A stretch of 64,000 bases of DNA, taken from contig JAQUOV010000001.1 in the NCBI GenBank assembly GCA_028716965.1, positions 134,448 to 198,447 of the forward strand, written 5' to 3'. Source of the DNA: Candidatus Omnitrophota bacterium. Its GTDB lineage: Bacteria; Omnitrophota; Gorgyraeia; Gygaellales; Profunditerraquicolaceae. The position numbers and the translations under genes are program-made. Below the pieces are notes generated by a model. It made no database searches. It worked only from the letters and a program-made list of their open reading frames with translations, and was not told the DNA's origin. Below, piece after piece: positions 19,226-28,322 of the stretch; position 1 is the first letter of the stretch, and each line of letters begins with the position of its first letter.

Positions 19226-20072
19226 CCTTTAAGTATTCCCCGTAGCTGGTTGGGATCTGGCTGGCAAGCTTCAACAATTGCGCCTTATTGATATAGCCCA
19301 TACGGTACGCCACTTCCTCAATACAGCCGATTTTTAACCCCTGCCTGTCCTCTATTGTTTTAATAAAAACTGACGCATCAATCAGCGATTCATAAGTACC
19401 GGTATCAAGCCAGGCATGGCCGCGGCCTAATAACTTAACCTTAAGCATCCCCCTTCTTAAATATTCCTTATTCAGGTCATTGATCTCCAATTCCCCCCTG
19501 CTGGAGGATTTTAGCCTCCTGGCAATCTTTGGCGCGGAATTATCATAAAAATACATGCCGCAGGTTACCCAGTTTGATTTTGGTCTTTTCGGCTTTTCTT
19601 CAAGTGAAGTTATATTAGAGTTTTTGTCAAATCCAATAACCCCGTATCTCTGCGGGTCTTTAACAGTATAGCCAAGGATTAACGCCCCCTCCTCTAACCT
19701 GGCAGCTTCCTGCACAAATGACACTAACTGATCGCCATAAAATATATTATCCCCAAGGGCCAGGCAAACGCAATCATCACCAATGAATTTCTCTCCGATA
19801 ATAAGGCTCTGCGCAATCCCTTTGGGTTCTTTTTGTACGGCATAAGAGATTTCTATGCCTAACTTCGTTCCATCGCCCAAAACATCTTTAAACCTGGGTA
19901 TATCTTGAGGAGTAGAAATAACCAAGATCTCCCGGATGCCTGCCAGCATCAATACCGACAAGGGGTAATAAATCATCGGCTTATCGTAAATCGGCAGCAT
20001 CTGTTTGCAGACGCCTTTGGTTATAGGATAAAGCCTTGTAGCCTTACCACCCGCAAGGATAATCCCCTTCAT
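19206..20072 (-). CDS. rmlA: Glucose-1-phosphate thymidylyltransferase.
   Basis: MKGIILAGGKATRLYPITKGVCKQMLPIYDKPMIYYPLS is the canonical RmlA N-terminus. Confidence 0.85.
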   Translation of the reverse strand: MKGIILAGGKATRLYPITKGVCKQMLPIYDKPMIYYPLSVLMLAGIREILVISTPQDIPRFKDVLGDGTKLGIEISYAVQKEPKGIAQSLIIGEKFIGDDCVCLALGDNIFYGDQLVSFVQEAARLEEGALILGYTVKDPQRYGVIGFDKNSNITSLEEKPKRPKSNWVTCGMYFYDNSAPKIARRLKSSSRGELEINDLNKEYLRRGMLKVKLLGRGHAWLDTGTYESLIDASVFIKTIEDRQGLKIGCIEEVAYRMGYINKAQLLKLASQIPTSYGEYLKDVLDNE

Positions 20073-20332
20073 TTAGCTACCCTCCCATATTTAAAATATA
20101 AGGATATCAACACGCACAGGCTGGCTAAAGTAACTGCATTTGCCAATATAATTATGGGATCTTTGCGATAGAGTCCGTAGATCATCCAGAGAAAAACACC
20201 GATGGAAAGCTGAAACAAAGTGACCGGGCTGACATCCCTGACAGACCTGGTCCTTAAAGACCTGGCTATCTGCGGGATGAAAGAAAACATGGTTAGGGTA
20301 GCGGCTGTTGCGCCAATTAACGTCCAAAACAT
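20069..20332 (-). CDS. SemiSWEET / PQ-loop sugar transporter (87 aa, 3 transmembrane helices).
   Basis: The size and the PQ motif (FSFIPQIARSLRTRSVRDVS) are typical of bacterial SemiSWEETs. It overlaps the rmlA start by 4 nt. Confidence 0.6.
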   Translation of the reverse strand: MFWTLIGATAATLTMFSFIPQIARSLRTRSVRDVSPVTLFQLSIGVFLWMIYGLYRKDPIIILANAVTLASLCVLISLYFKYGRVAK

Positions 20333-20380
20333 AATTAATTATTATATCCCTAAATCCTCGCTAAATAAAGCTAAAAGATT

Positions 20381-20433
20381 ATAGACAGTGTACGTAATTA
20401 TATTAGAATTAAATGGTTACAAAACAAATATTT
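20381..20433. repeat. Type-1 REP-like element.
   Basis: ATAGACAGTGTACGTAATTATATTAGAATTAAATGGTTACAAAACAAATATTTC. Confidence 0.7.
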
Positions 20434-20470
20434 CGGCTTTGCTAGAGGATTTCTATAGAGTGCAAGCAGG

Positions 20471-20701
20471 CTAAGAGTATTGCATTGCATATTTATCAAG
20501 AAGCTCACGTATCATTTTCTGATATTTTGTATGATATTGTTCTGCCTTATGCTTAAAGAATTCAACGCTCTTCTTTTTAAGTACTATGGTAACTTTAACT
20601 GTCTTCTCAACAGTTACCAATTCTTCAGGTGTTGGAAGAAAATCCTTGACCCTCCTGAGCTTCCCAATAGGCATATTTAAATCTTTAGTCTTTTTTCTCA
20701 T
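20471..20701 (-). CDS. brnA: BrnA-family antitoxin (CopG/RHH-like).
   Basis: MRKKTKDLNMPIGKLRRVKDFLPTPEELV...VTIVLKKKSVEFFKHKAEQYHTKYQKMIRELL matches the BrnA pattern. The probable start is the internal ATG at 20701; the ORF track extends it to 20737. It overlaps brnT. Confidence 0.6.
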   Translation of the reverse strand: MRKKTKDLNMPIGKLRRVKDFLPTPEELVTVEKTVKVTIVLKKKSVEFFKHKAEQYHTKYQKMIRELLDKYAMQYS

Positions 20702-20986
20702 AATAAGTCTTTCCTTTCCTCCAAAAGCCGGCTCCAAAGATTCTTATTTTATCATCCCTGTAAGTAAACCTTACGGTTACAATTCTTTTTGCAACTTTGC
20801 CAATACAAAATAATCTTTCTTCTTTCAAGCTATGCCTTGAGTCAATATAAATCTTTCTTTTAGGATCCTTAAATGCTTTTGAGGCGTGAAAAAATCTATG
20901 CCATGTTTATGGATATTTATTAACTCCCGGCTCGTATCCCAAACGAAACTTTTATTTATTTCAACCACTTGCTTAAAATATAACAT
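20685..20986 (-). pseudogene. brnT: BrnT-family toxin (DUF497), interrupted by a 1-nt frameshift in a T6/A6 homopolymer near 20886-20891.
   Basis: The N-terminal frame reads MLYFKQVVEINKSFVWDTSRELINIHKHGIDFF. The C-terminal frame reads HASKAFKDPKRKIYIDSRHSLKEERLFCIGKVAKRIVTVRFTYRDDKIRIFGAGFWRKGKTYYEKKD. One added base joins them into a roughly 100-aa BrnT. Confidence 0.6.
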
Positions 20987-21035
20987 AATTTTAACAATAT
21001 ATCAATATAATAATACATACTACTATATGTATATT

Positions 21036-21086
21036 GTAGACAGTCTACGTAATTCCATAAAAGACAAATGGTTACTAAACAAATAT
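21036..21086. repeat. Type-1 REP-like element overlapping the stop codon of RAYT-1.
   Basis: TGTAGACAGTCTACGTAATTCCATAAAAGACAAATGGTTACTAAACAAATATTCC. Confidence 0.7.
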
Positions 21087-21758
21087 TCCGGCTTTTCTGC
21101 CTTGCCTCCTCGGAAAATAATGCGTGCCTACCTTTACCAGCTTTCGTAAAAAGTCTCGATCGCCGCATGGGATCTCGATATTCGAGAAATAAGTTTCTTC
21201 CTTACTGTCAAAAACTCTTAGGAATTTTGTATAAGCTGCCTGTCGTCCAACAGCCTCTTTTCCGAAAGCTTCAAAATCAGGGCTAGTTTTTGTTATGCCG
21301 TCCTCTTGCCCCAGACAATAAAACCGGGCACTACTATGCGCATATTCGCAGGCTTCTTTAACCATTCTTGCGCGCACCGGGTTTCTCTCCACATACCTAC
21401 CGCAATTTTCCAAATATAAATCTTTTTGTATCGGCTGCAATTTAAACCTGCCTTGCCATAAAAAACCCACCGCGTTATATTGATTATGATAATAATGGCT
21501 GTACGCCCGGTGTAATCCTGCCATAAATTTTGAAATTAACTCAGGGTATTCAAATTCAACCACAAGATGATAGTGACTCGGCATAACAACCCAATGATAT
21601 ATTTTTGAATCAAACCTATTACTATACTCGCTAAGTAACGCCTTAAAATGATCAAAATCTTTAGATACTTGAAAAATCGCCCTGCGTCCGCTGCTTCGGC
21701 TAAACGCATGATACACTAACGACTGTTGCAATTGGTGCTTACGCGCATATGATGGCAT
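21075..21758 (-). CDS. REP-associated tyrosine transposase (RAYT; IS200/IS605 TnpA-like Y1 HUH transposase).
   Basis: A HUH motif (VVMPSHYHLVVEF), a catalytic-Tyr region (RYVERNPVRARMV) and a size of about 227 aa, flanked by inverted repeat copies. Confidence 0.7.
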   Translation of the reverse strand: MPSYARKHQLQQSLVYHAFSRSSGRRAIFQVSKDFDHFKALLSEYSNRFDSKIYHWVVMPSHYHLVVEFEYPELISKFMAGLHRAYSHYYHNQYNAVGFLWQGRFKLQPIQKDLYLENCGRYVERNPVRARMVKEACEYAHSSARFYCLGQEDGITKTSPDFEAFGKEAVGRQAAYTKFLRVFDSKEETYFSNIEIPCGDRDFLRKLVKVGTHYFPRRQGRKAGIFV

Positions 21759-21896
21759 AATCTTTTCACCTCCTGTTATAATTGTTAATATGTTTAGAGC
21801 GCCAAGCTTTCCAATATGCTATAAAGCTTGACACTCTCTAACATAACTGACGTAGGAGATAAAAAAACCTAACAATATTTATTTTATGGTGAAGAA

Positions 21897-21952
21897 TATT
21901 TGTTACAGATATGATTGGAGAATATGCGGTTACGTAAACTGTCTACAAGACT
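21897..21952. repeat. Type-1 REP-like element in inverted orientation, 5' of RAYT-1.
   Basis: AATATTTGTTAC...GGTTACGTAAACTGTCTACA is the reverse complement of the family consensus. Confidence 0.6.
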
Positions 21953-21999
21953 ACTATCTGCGGGATGACAATCAGCGTCCAAAACATAGAGGATAGCAT

Positions 22000-23172
22000 C
22001 TATATTTCAATTTTCAGGAACCTGCGGGAACCGGCTTTGAGGATACCGGCTTCATTCAGCACAAAATCATCTTTTTCAACTTTTGCATTATTAAAACTAA
22101 CCGCTCCCTGCTTAACCAGCCTGCGCGCTTCATTACCGCTAGCAGCTAATTTACTTTCGGTAAGAATAACCAGAATATTCTTTTTGCCGTCAGTTTTAAA
22201 GACCGGCATATCCTGGGGGACCTCTTTCTGGGAAAACACGCGGCTAAACTCCTCCGCTTCTTTTTCTGCTGCCTGCTGCGAGTGGTATTGAGTTATAATA
22301 ATTTTAGCCAGTTTTACCTTCGCTTCTTTAGGATGCATCTCTTTAACTGAATCCAGGTCTTCGTCAGTAAGCAGCTCATAATATTTTAACATTAACTCGT
22401 CGGAGATTGACATAATTTTGCCGAAGATATCCTTAGCCGGCTCATTTATACCGATATAGTTGCCGTAAGATTTACTCATCTTCTGCACGCCGTCAGTGCC
22501 TTCAAGAAGGGGCATGGTCAGTACAACCTGTTGAGGTTGACTGAAGCTGCTTTGCAGGTCGCGGCCTACCAGAAGATTGAATATTTGGTCCGTTCCTCCA
22601 ATTTCTACATCTGCCTTCAGCACAACCGAATCATACCCTTGAAGCACAGGATAAATAAATTCTGACATAAAGATCGGCTTTTTATTGTTCCTTCTTTGAG
22701 TAAAATCCTCCCGCTCAAGCAATCTGTTAGCGGTGTAATAAGTAAGCAGCTTCCCAAACTCAAGGCCTTTCATCCTGTCAAACCACTTACTGTTAAATAC
22801 GATCTTTATCTTTCTGATATCAAGGATTTTAGCCACCTGTTTCTTATAAGTCTTGGCGTTTTTGGCCACCTCTTGTTTAGTAAGCTGCTTTCTGATTTCA
22901 GATCGGCCGCTTGGGTCGCCGATGCGCCCGGTGAAATCACCGATCAGAAAATAAACTTCATGGCCGAGCTCCTGAAACTGGCGCAGTTTTCTCAAAAGCA
23001 CAGTATGCCCTAAATGCAAATCCGGAGCAGTAGGATCAAAACCTGCCTTAATTTTTAATGGCTTGCTGACTTTAATACTCTGCTCAAGCTTCTTACGCAG
23101 CTCATCTTCAGAGATCAACTCCGCAACACCCCTTTTAATTATCTCTAATTGCTTATTTATATCCATTTTCAT
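22000..23172 (-). CDS. tyrS: Tyrosyl-tRNA synthetase.
   Basis: HLGH (HIGH), KMSKS and a C-terminal S4 domain. Confidence 0.85.
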   Translation of the reverse strand: MKMDINKQLEIIKRGVAELISEDELRKKLEQSIKVSKPLKIKAGFDPTAPDLHLGHTVLLRKLRQFQELGHEVYFLIGDFTGRIGDPSGRSEIRKQLTKQEVAKNAKTYKKQVAKILDIRKIKIVFNSKWFDRMKGLEFGKLLTYYTANRLLEREDFTQRRNNKKPIFMSEFIYPVLQGYDSVVLKADVEIGGTDQIFNLLVGRDLQSSFSQPQQVVLTMPLLEGTDGVQKMSKSYGNYIGINEPAKDIFGKIMSISDELMLKYYELLTDEDLDSVKEMHPKEAKVKLAKIIITQYHSQQAAEKEAEEFSRVFSQKEVPQDMPVFKTDGKKNILVILTESKLAASGNEARRLVKQGAVSFNNAKVEKDDFVLNEAGILKAGSRRFLKIEI

Positions 23173-23177
23173 TTATT

Positions 23178-23252
23178 AGGGACGTTTCTCAACCCAAAGC
23201 AAGAAGTGTCCCCAGAGGGGACAGTTCTCCGATTGGCTTAAGAAACGTCCCT
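23178..23252. repeat. GGGAC-family palindromic doublet.
   Basis: AGGGACGTTTCTCAACCCAAAGCAAGAAGTGTCCCC-AGA-GGGGACAGTTCTCCGATTGGCTTAAGAAACGTCCCT. Confidence 0.75.
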
Positions 23253-23256
23253 GGTT

Positions 23257-24801
23257 TTAAAGCCTTGCGGTAAGGCCGATTTTTGCCTGCTCCACATCCA
23301 CTTTAATTACTTTCACTTTTATTTTATCTCCGGGTTTCAAATTGGCAACTGTTTCTTTATCAATCTCGCTGGAATAAATCAGGCCTTCCAGTTCATCATC
23401 AATCTTAGCAAACACGCCAAACTCCGTTAAACTGGATACTTCGGCTTCTAACTGGGTATCCAGGGGGTATTTCTCCGCTATCTTCGCCCAGGGATTATCC
23501 TGCAGCTGTTTTAATCCTAAGGCGATCCTGCGGTTAGCCGAATCAACGGAAAGAATGGCAACATCGATCTTCTGCCCTTTCTTTAACACATCCTGCGGAT
23601 GGCCGATTCTTTTGGTCCAGGAGATATCAGACACATGGATCATCCCCTCAAGGTTGGAATCCAGCTCCACAAATGCCCCGTAATCGGTAAAGCCGCGCAC
23701 CTTGCCGGATACCTTGGAACCTACCGGGTATTTACTCTCGGCTTCAGTCCAGGGATTCTGCTCCAACTGTTTTAAACTTAATGATATCCTGCGTGATTCT
23801 TTTTCCACGTTTAAAATCTGCGTTTCCAGGATATCTCCTACGGCGAACATCTCGCCCGGGTTATTCACGCGCTTGGTCCAGGAGATCTCAGAGACATGGA
23901 TCAAACCTTCAATCCCCTTTTCCAGCTCCACGAAAACTCCGTACGGCAGTATATTCACTACCTTGCCTTTTACTTTTGACCCGACGGTGAATTTCTCGCC
24001 GATATCCTGCCATGGATCAGCAAGCCTCTGCTTAAGCCCTAAAGAAACCTTCCCTGAAGCCTGGTCCATATTCAAAACCATAACCTCAATCTTGTCCCCG
24101 ATAGCGACAATCTCGCTGGGATGGCTGATCTTTGACCAGGACATATCCGTAATATGCAGCAGGCCGTCTACTCCCCCTAAATCAATAAAGGCGCCGAAAT
24201 CAGTAATCGCCTTGACTAATCCGGGGTAAATATTGCCGATCTTCAGCTCTCCCCAAATCTTGCTCTTGGCTACATCTCTGTCTGCCTGTACTGCCTCGCG
24301 GCGGCTGACAATAATGCTGCGGCGCAGGTTGTTTACCTTGACAATCTTGAACTTAAATATTTTGTACAAGATGTCTTTATCAGGGATGTTACGGAAAGAG
24401 GAAAGCGAGCTGGGTAAGAACCCTTCAATCCCCATAATATCAACGAGGAACCCGCCCTTGACCTTCTTAACCGGTTTGCCTTCAACAAGGGTGCCTTCAT
24501 TGGATAATTTAACGACCTTATCCCATCCCTGCATACGCATGGCCTTTTCACGGGATAAAGTCATTACACCTGCGTCATTTTCCATATTCTCAAGCAAAAA
24601 CTCCATCTCCTTGCCAACCTCTAAGTCCCCGGAGCTAAATTCCGTAATCGGCACAATGCCTTCGGATTTAAAACCCACATCCACTAAAACTTCTTTGCTC
24701 TTAATCCCCACAATCTTGCCGGTAACTATCTGGCCTTCTCTTAAAACTTTAATACTCTGGTTATATAACTGCTCCAATTCTTCTCTTGTTGTGCTTGACA
24801 T
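23257..24801 (-). CDS. rpsA: 30S ribosomal protein S1.
   Basis: It has multiple S1 domains. The likely start is MSSTTREELEQL at 24801, with GGAG 8 nt upstream; the ORF track extends it to 24852, into the repeat. Confidence 0.8.
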   Translation of the reverse strand: MSSTTREELEQLYNQSIKVLREGQIVTGKIVGIKSKEVLVDVGFKSEGIVPITEFSSGDLEVGKEMEFLLENMENDAGVMTLSREKAMRMQGWDKVVKLSNEGTLVEGKPVKKVKGGFLVDIMGIEGFLPSSLSSFRNIPDKDILYKIFKFKIVKVNNLRRSIIVSRREAVQADRDVAKSKIWGELKIGNIYPGLVKAITDFGAFIDLGGVDGLLHITDMSWSKISHPSEIVAIGDKIEVMVLNMDQASGKVSLGLKQRLADPWQDIGEKFTVGSKVKGKVVNILPYGVFVELEKGIEGLIHVSEISWTKRVNNPGEMFAVGDILETQILNVEKESRRISLSLKQLEQNPWTEAESKYPVGSKVSGKVRGFTDYGAFVELDSNLEGMIHVSDISWTKRIGHPQDVLKKGQKIDVAILSVDSANRRIALGLKQLQDNPWAKIAEKYPLDTQLEAEVSSLTEFGVFAKIDDELEGLIYSSEIDKETVANLKPGDKIKVKVIKVDVEQAKIGLTARL

Positions 24802-24844
24802 CTCAAATACTCCTTTTCTTTTTTTAGGATTAAATTTGCTTTTT

Positions 24845-24880
24845 GGGGACACTTCTCCGATTGGGTTAAGAAACGTCCCT
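24845..24880. repeat. GGGAC-family single unit.
   Basis: GGGGACACTTCTCCGATTGGGTTAAGAAACGTCCCT. Confidence 0.7.
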
Positions 24881-24890
24881 GGTTTATGAA

Positions 24891-25478
24891 TTAATTATTT
24901 GATAGTTGTTTAATATTGGCCATTATCAGATTTGTTGTTTCCTGATAAGGCCTCCCCCTTTCTATGTGAATTTCTTTTCCGAAGCGTACTGATATTCTCG
25001 CCAAGCGTAATGAACGCGCCTGCCTCGGCATTGCTGTATAGGTTCCGGAGATAAAAGCCGGGATCACCGGAACACCTCCCTTAGCCGCCAAAAATCCTAC
25101 TCCCGGCTCAGGGTTTAAATACATATCTTCTTTTACCCTGCGCGTGCCCTCGGGGAATAAGGCTAATGCCTCTCCTCTACGCACAAGCTGCAGGCCTGTT
25201 TTTATCGCTGACAGGTCCGCGGCGTTCCTTTTAAGAGGGATAACCTCCACTGCCTTAAGCCATGATTTCAGGATTGGCTTAAAGAACAAACTATCCCGGG
25301 CCATAAAATGCACTGTACGCGGGCAGGCTGCCCCTAAGGCAACAGGATCAAGATAGCTAACGTGGTTAGCCGCAAGAATGAAGCCGCCTTTTTTAGGAAT
25401 ATTCTCTTTCCCTTTAGCCTCAAAAAGAAAGAATAGTTTTAGAATTATCAATAATACAAACCTGCTAAATCTGTACAT
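24891..25478 (-). CDS. plsC: 1-acyl-sn-glycerol-3-phosphate acyltransferase.
   Basis: NHVSYLD (the HX4D motif) and FPEGTR. Confidence 0.75.
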   Translation of the reverse strand: MYRFSRFVLLIILKLFFLFEAKGKENIPKKGGFILAANHVSYLDPVALGAACPRTVHFMARDSLFFKPILKSWLKAVEVIPLKRNAADLSAIKTGLQLVRRGEALALFPEGTRRVKEDMYLNPEPGVGFLAAKGGVPVIPAFISGTYTAMPRQARSLRLARISVRFGKEIHIERGRPYQETTNLIMANIKQLSNN

Positions 25479-26856
25479 CTTTTAGGATGATATCCTTACC
25501 CAGCGCAAGCAGCTTATTTGCCCGCCTGAGACTTTTTGCTTCAGCGTAGGTGCGCATAATCGGCTCGGTCCCCGAACCACGGAACATCAGCCAGCTTTCA
25601 TCTTCACAGATAAGCTTTACGCCGTCGTAATCCTTAACCTCTACGACCTTCTTGCCCAATAACTCGGATGGCAAATTATCTTTTCTTGGCTCAACGCGTT
25701 TAGCCAAATGCAGATCCTGGCGCACATAATAATATCTGCCGAATGCTTTTTCAGTTTCATTTAGGATCTTCAGCATATTCTTATTGCGGTAAACCATCAT
25801 TTCAATCAACAAAAGCCCGGCCATCGTACCGTCGCGCTCCGGGATAAAACCCTTTACACCCATCCCGCCGGCCTCTTCCCCTCCGGCAACGATATCTTCG
25901 GTCTCCATAAGGTTTGAGATATATTTAAAGCCTACCGGGGTCTCATAAAGCTTTATCCCCAGGGATTTGGCGATATTATCCATCATCGCGGTCCCGCAAA
26001 TCGTCTTTACCAACCCGCCGCTCCAATGCCGGTCCTGGTTTAAATGCAGGACAAGCAAACCCAGAATTTTCTGCGGGTGGATAAATACCCCTCCGGGGGC
26101 AACCGCGGCGATCCTGTCGGCATCGCCATCTAAAGCAATGCCTAAATCAAATTTCTCTTTTCTTACGCGCTCCTTTAACTCCTCTAAATTTTCTTCTACC
26201 GGTTCGGGCCTGCCTCCGCCAAAAGAAGGGTTAATCGTATTGCGCATAAACTCAAGCTTGATCTTCGTTCCTTTAAGCACCTCGGCAATAAAGCTGTCCC
26301 CTGAACCATACATAGAATCAACCAGGACTTTGAATTTTTTATTTTTGATCTTCTTTAAATCAATATAATTGCGGATAAACTTAATGTAATCCCTGGTAAT
26401 ATCTACAGCCTTGATCGGCTCATGCAAAGCGCCATCTTTTACGGGATTTTTTCCCAGCAGCTCCTCTACCTGGCGGGTCAGCTCCAGGCTAGCCCCTCCT
26501 CCGGCAGAATTCTTGATCTTAAAACCATTGTACTCCGCCGGATTATGCGAAGCAGTAATCATGATCCCTAAATCCAATTTACGCGACTTTACCACAAAAC
26601 TTAATGCCGGCGTAGGCGTGGGGCGGTCGGAAAGAACTACCTGTATGCCGTTATTTTTTAATACTATTGCTGCTGCCTCTGCGAATTTACCGGACATAAA
26701 ACGCGTATCGTATCCAACCGCTACCTTCTTGGCGCCTCCCAAATAATCCGCTACTGCCTGAGTCAGGATCCTTACATTTTCCAAAGTATAGGTATCTGCG
26801 ATAATCGCCCTCCAACCGTCGGTGCCGAACTTGATTTGCGAAACTGTATTGCTCAT
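25465..26856 (-). CDS. Phosphoglucomutase/phosphomannomutase family protein.
   Basis: GTDGWRA, the TASHNPAEYNGFK active-site serine loop and GDGDADR. Confidence 0.8.
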   Translation of the reverse strand: MSNTVSQIKFGTDGWRAIIADTYTLENVRILTQAVADYLGGAKKVAVGYDTRFMSGKFAEAAAIVLKNNGIQVVLSDRPTPTPALSFVVKSRKLDLGIMITASHNPAEYNGFKIKNSAGGGASLELTRQVEELLGKNPVKDGALHEPIKAVDITRDYIKFIRNYIDLKKIKNKKFKVLVDSMYGSGDSFIAEVLKGTKIKLEFMRNTINPSFGGGRPEPVEENLEELKERVRKEKFDLGIALDGDADRIAAVAPGGVFIHPQKILGLLVLHLNQDRHWSGGLVKTICGTAMMDNIAKSLGIKLYETPVGFKYISNLMETEDIVAGGEEAGGMGVKGFIPERDGTMAGLLLIEMMVYRNKNMLKILNETEKAFGRYYYVRQDLHLAKRVEPRKDNLPSELLGKKVVEVKDYDGVKLICEDESWLMFRGSGTEPIMRTYAEAKSLRRANKLLALGKDIILKDVQI

Positions 26857-26951
26857 CTAATTTCTCCTTGTCTACGAAGACACGCTGCGTTAGCCTTGCG
26901 CATGCCGACGCAATACCTATTGGCGTCGGGTGCCGCTTAACACAAAGTGTC

Positions 26952-27584
26952 TTATCTTAAGCTGTTGATGGCTTTTCTCGTATTTTTTGCCCCAAAAATA
27001 TATGAGCCGGCGGCAAGAATATTTGCCCCCGCCTCCTTTACCTGCCTGCCGGTAATCCTGTTGATCCCCCCGTCTACAGCGATATCTTTTTTAAAGATGG
27101 CGCGCAGCTGCCGGATCTTTTTTAACGCCGAAGGGATAAAAGCCTGGCCCCCGAAACCGGGGTTAACTGACATCACCAAAACAAAATCCACTAAAGGCAA
27201 AGCTTTCTTGATCCTGGCTAAAGAGGTAGTCGGATTTAAAGAAATCCCCAGCTTTATTCCTTTGCCCTTTAACCTCTTAGCAATAGATGCTAACTCTTTC
27301 AAGCTGACAGCCTCAATATGCACGGTGATCATATCGCTTCCGGCATTAACAAAAGCATCTATATATTTAAGAGGGTTCTCAATCATCAAATGCACATCCA
27401 GCGCAAGCCTGGTTGCCTTACGCATGTATTTTACGACTACGGGGCCGATTGTAATATTCGGCACGAAATGGCCGTCCATTATATCAACATGGATTAAATC
27501 CGCGCCTGCGCGCTCAACTTTCTTAAGTTCAGCGCTAAGATTACTGAAATCAGCCGATAGTATTGACGGTGCAACCTTTACCAT
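26952..27584 (-). CDS. rpe: Ribulose-phosphate 3-epimerase.
   Basis: PSILSADF, HVDIMDGHFVPN and MSVNPGFGGQ. The likely start is MVKVAPS at 27584; the ORF track extends it to 27620. Confidence 0.8.
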   Translation of the reverse strand: MVKVAPSILSADFSNLSAELKKVERAGADLIHVDIMDGHFVPNITIGPVVVKYMRKATRLALDVHLMIENPLKYIDAFVNAGSDMITVHIEAVSLKELASIAKRLKGKGIKLGISLNPTTSLARIKKALPLVDFVLVMSVNPGFGGQAFIPSALKKIRQLRAIFKKDIAVDGGINRITGRQVKEAGANILAAGSYIFGAKNTRKAINSLR

Positions 27585-27585
27585 G

Positions 27586-27645
27586 GTAATAGACAGTCTA
27601 TGTAATCTATTGCAAAACAATTAGTTATACAAGAAATATTTTGGT
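27586..27645. repeat. Type-1 REP-like element abutting the rpe start codon.
   Basis: TAATAGACAGTCTATGTAATCTATTGCAAAACAATTAGTTATACAAGAAATATTTTGG. Confidence 0.7.
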
Positions 27646-27689
27646 TTAAGAAAATAAAATAGTTCCTCATTTTTATAGATTATTTCTCT

Positions 27690-27745
27690 TATAAATATTT
27701 GTTTCATAACTCAGCTATTGTTAAGTGCTTAAGTAAACTGTCTAC
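27690..27745. repeat. Type-1 REP-like element in inverted orientation, forming a doublet with 27586-27645.
   Basis: Its reverse complement is ATAGTAGACAGTTTACTTAAG...GTTATGAAACAAATATTT. Confidence 0.6.
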
Positions 27746-27755
27746 TATATACTTT

Positions 27756-28322
27756 TTATCTATATAATTTATTCTTGTGTATATAATCAAAAACTGCCTC
27801 CGGAACCAGATAACGGAACGATTTTTCTTTCTTCACGCACTCCCTCACCTCAAAACCCGAAACATCCACTGCCCGGATAGCCATAGTCTTAATATAATGC
27901 GGTATCTGCTCCAGCGGATAACCCGGCCGCGTAGCCGCCACGAATTTAACCATCTTGATTATTTCGCTTAAATCCTTCCATTCTTTTAAATATTTAAGCA
28001 AATCCGAGCCGATAATAAAATAAAGCTCATCATGGCTGTATTTGCTTTTTAGTTCCTTTAAGGTGTCAATCGTATAAGAACGCCCCTTACGTTTGATCTC
28101 AACATCTGAAACGGCAAAATGCCCGTTACCCTTAATAGCCAGCTTCAGCATCTTAAGCCTTTTATCCGCCGGGGCAATATTGGAATCATCTTTGTGCGGA
28201 GGCAAGGCTGTCGGGATAAAAATAATTTTATCCAACCCCAGCTTTTCCCTTGCTTCTTCCGCCAGGATCAAATGACCGATGTGCACGGGATTAAATGTGC
28301 CGCCCAATATGCCAATTCTCAT
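27756..28322 (-). CDS. nadD: Nicotinate-nucleotide adenylyltransferase.
   Basis: GILGGTFNPVHIGH. The likely start is MRIGIL at 28322; the ORF track extends it to 28340. Confidence 0.75.
   Translation of the reverse strand: MRIGILGGTFNPVHIGHLILAEEAREKLGLDKIIFIPTALPPHKDDSNIAPADKRLKMLKLAIKGNGHFAVSDVEIKRKGRSYTIDTLKELKSKYSHDELYFIIGSDLLKYLKEWKDLSEIIKMVKFVAATRPGYPLEQIPHYIKTMAIRAVDVSGFEVRECVKKEKSFRYLVPEAVFDYIHKNKLYR

Noticed and set aside
24233-24889. 218-aa plus-strand ORF, with 23702..24229 and 23781..23990 nearby.
   Set aside because: It is entirely antisense to rpsA, has low-complexity S/L/P-rich composition and is not supported by any homology I can see. It is a shadow ORF.
26885-26925. CCGACGC-N11-GCGTCGG hairpin between rpe and the PGM/PMM gene.
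   Set aside because: It has a plausible stem but no U-tract on the transcribed strand and no conservation evidence. It is not called as a terminator.
26947-27624. 225-aa plus-strand ORF.
   Set aside because: It is antisense to rpe over its full length. rpe has clear catalytic motifs, so this is a shadow ORF.
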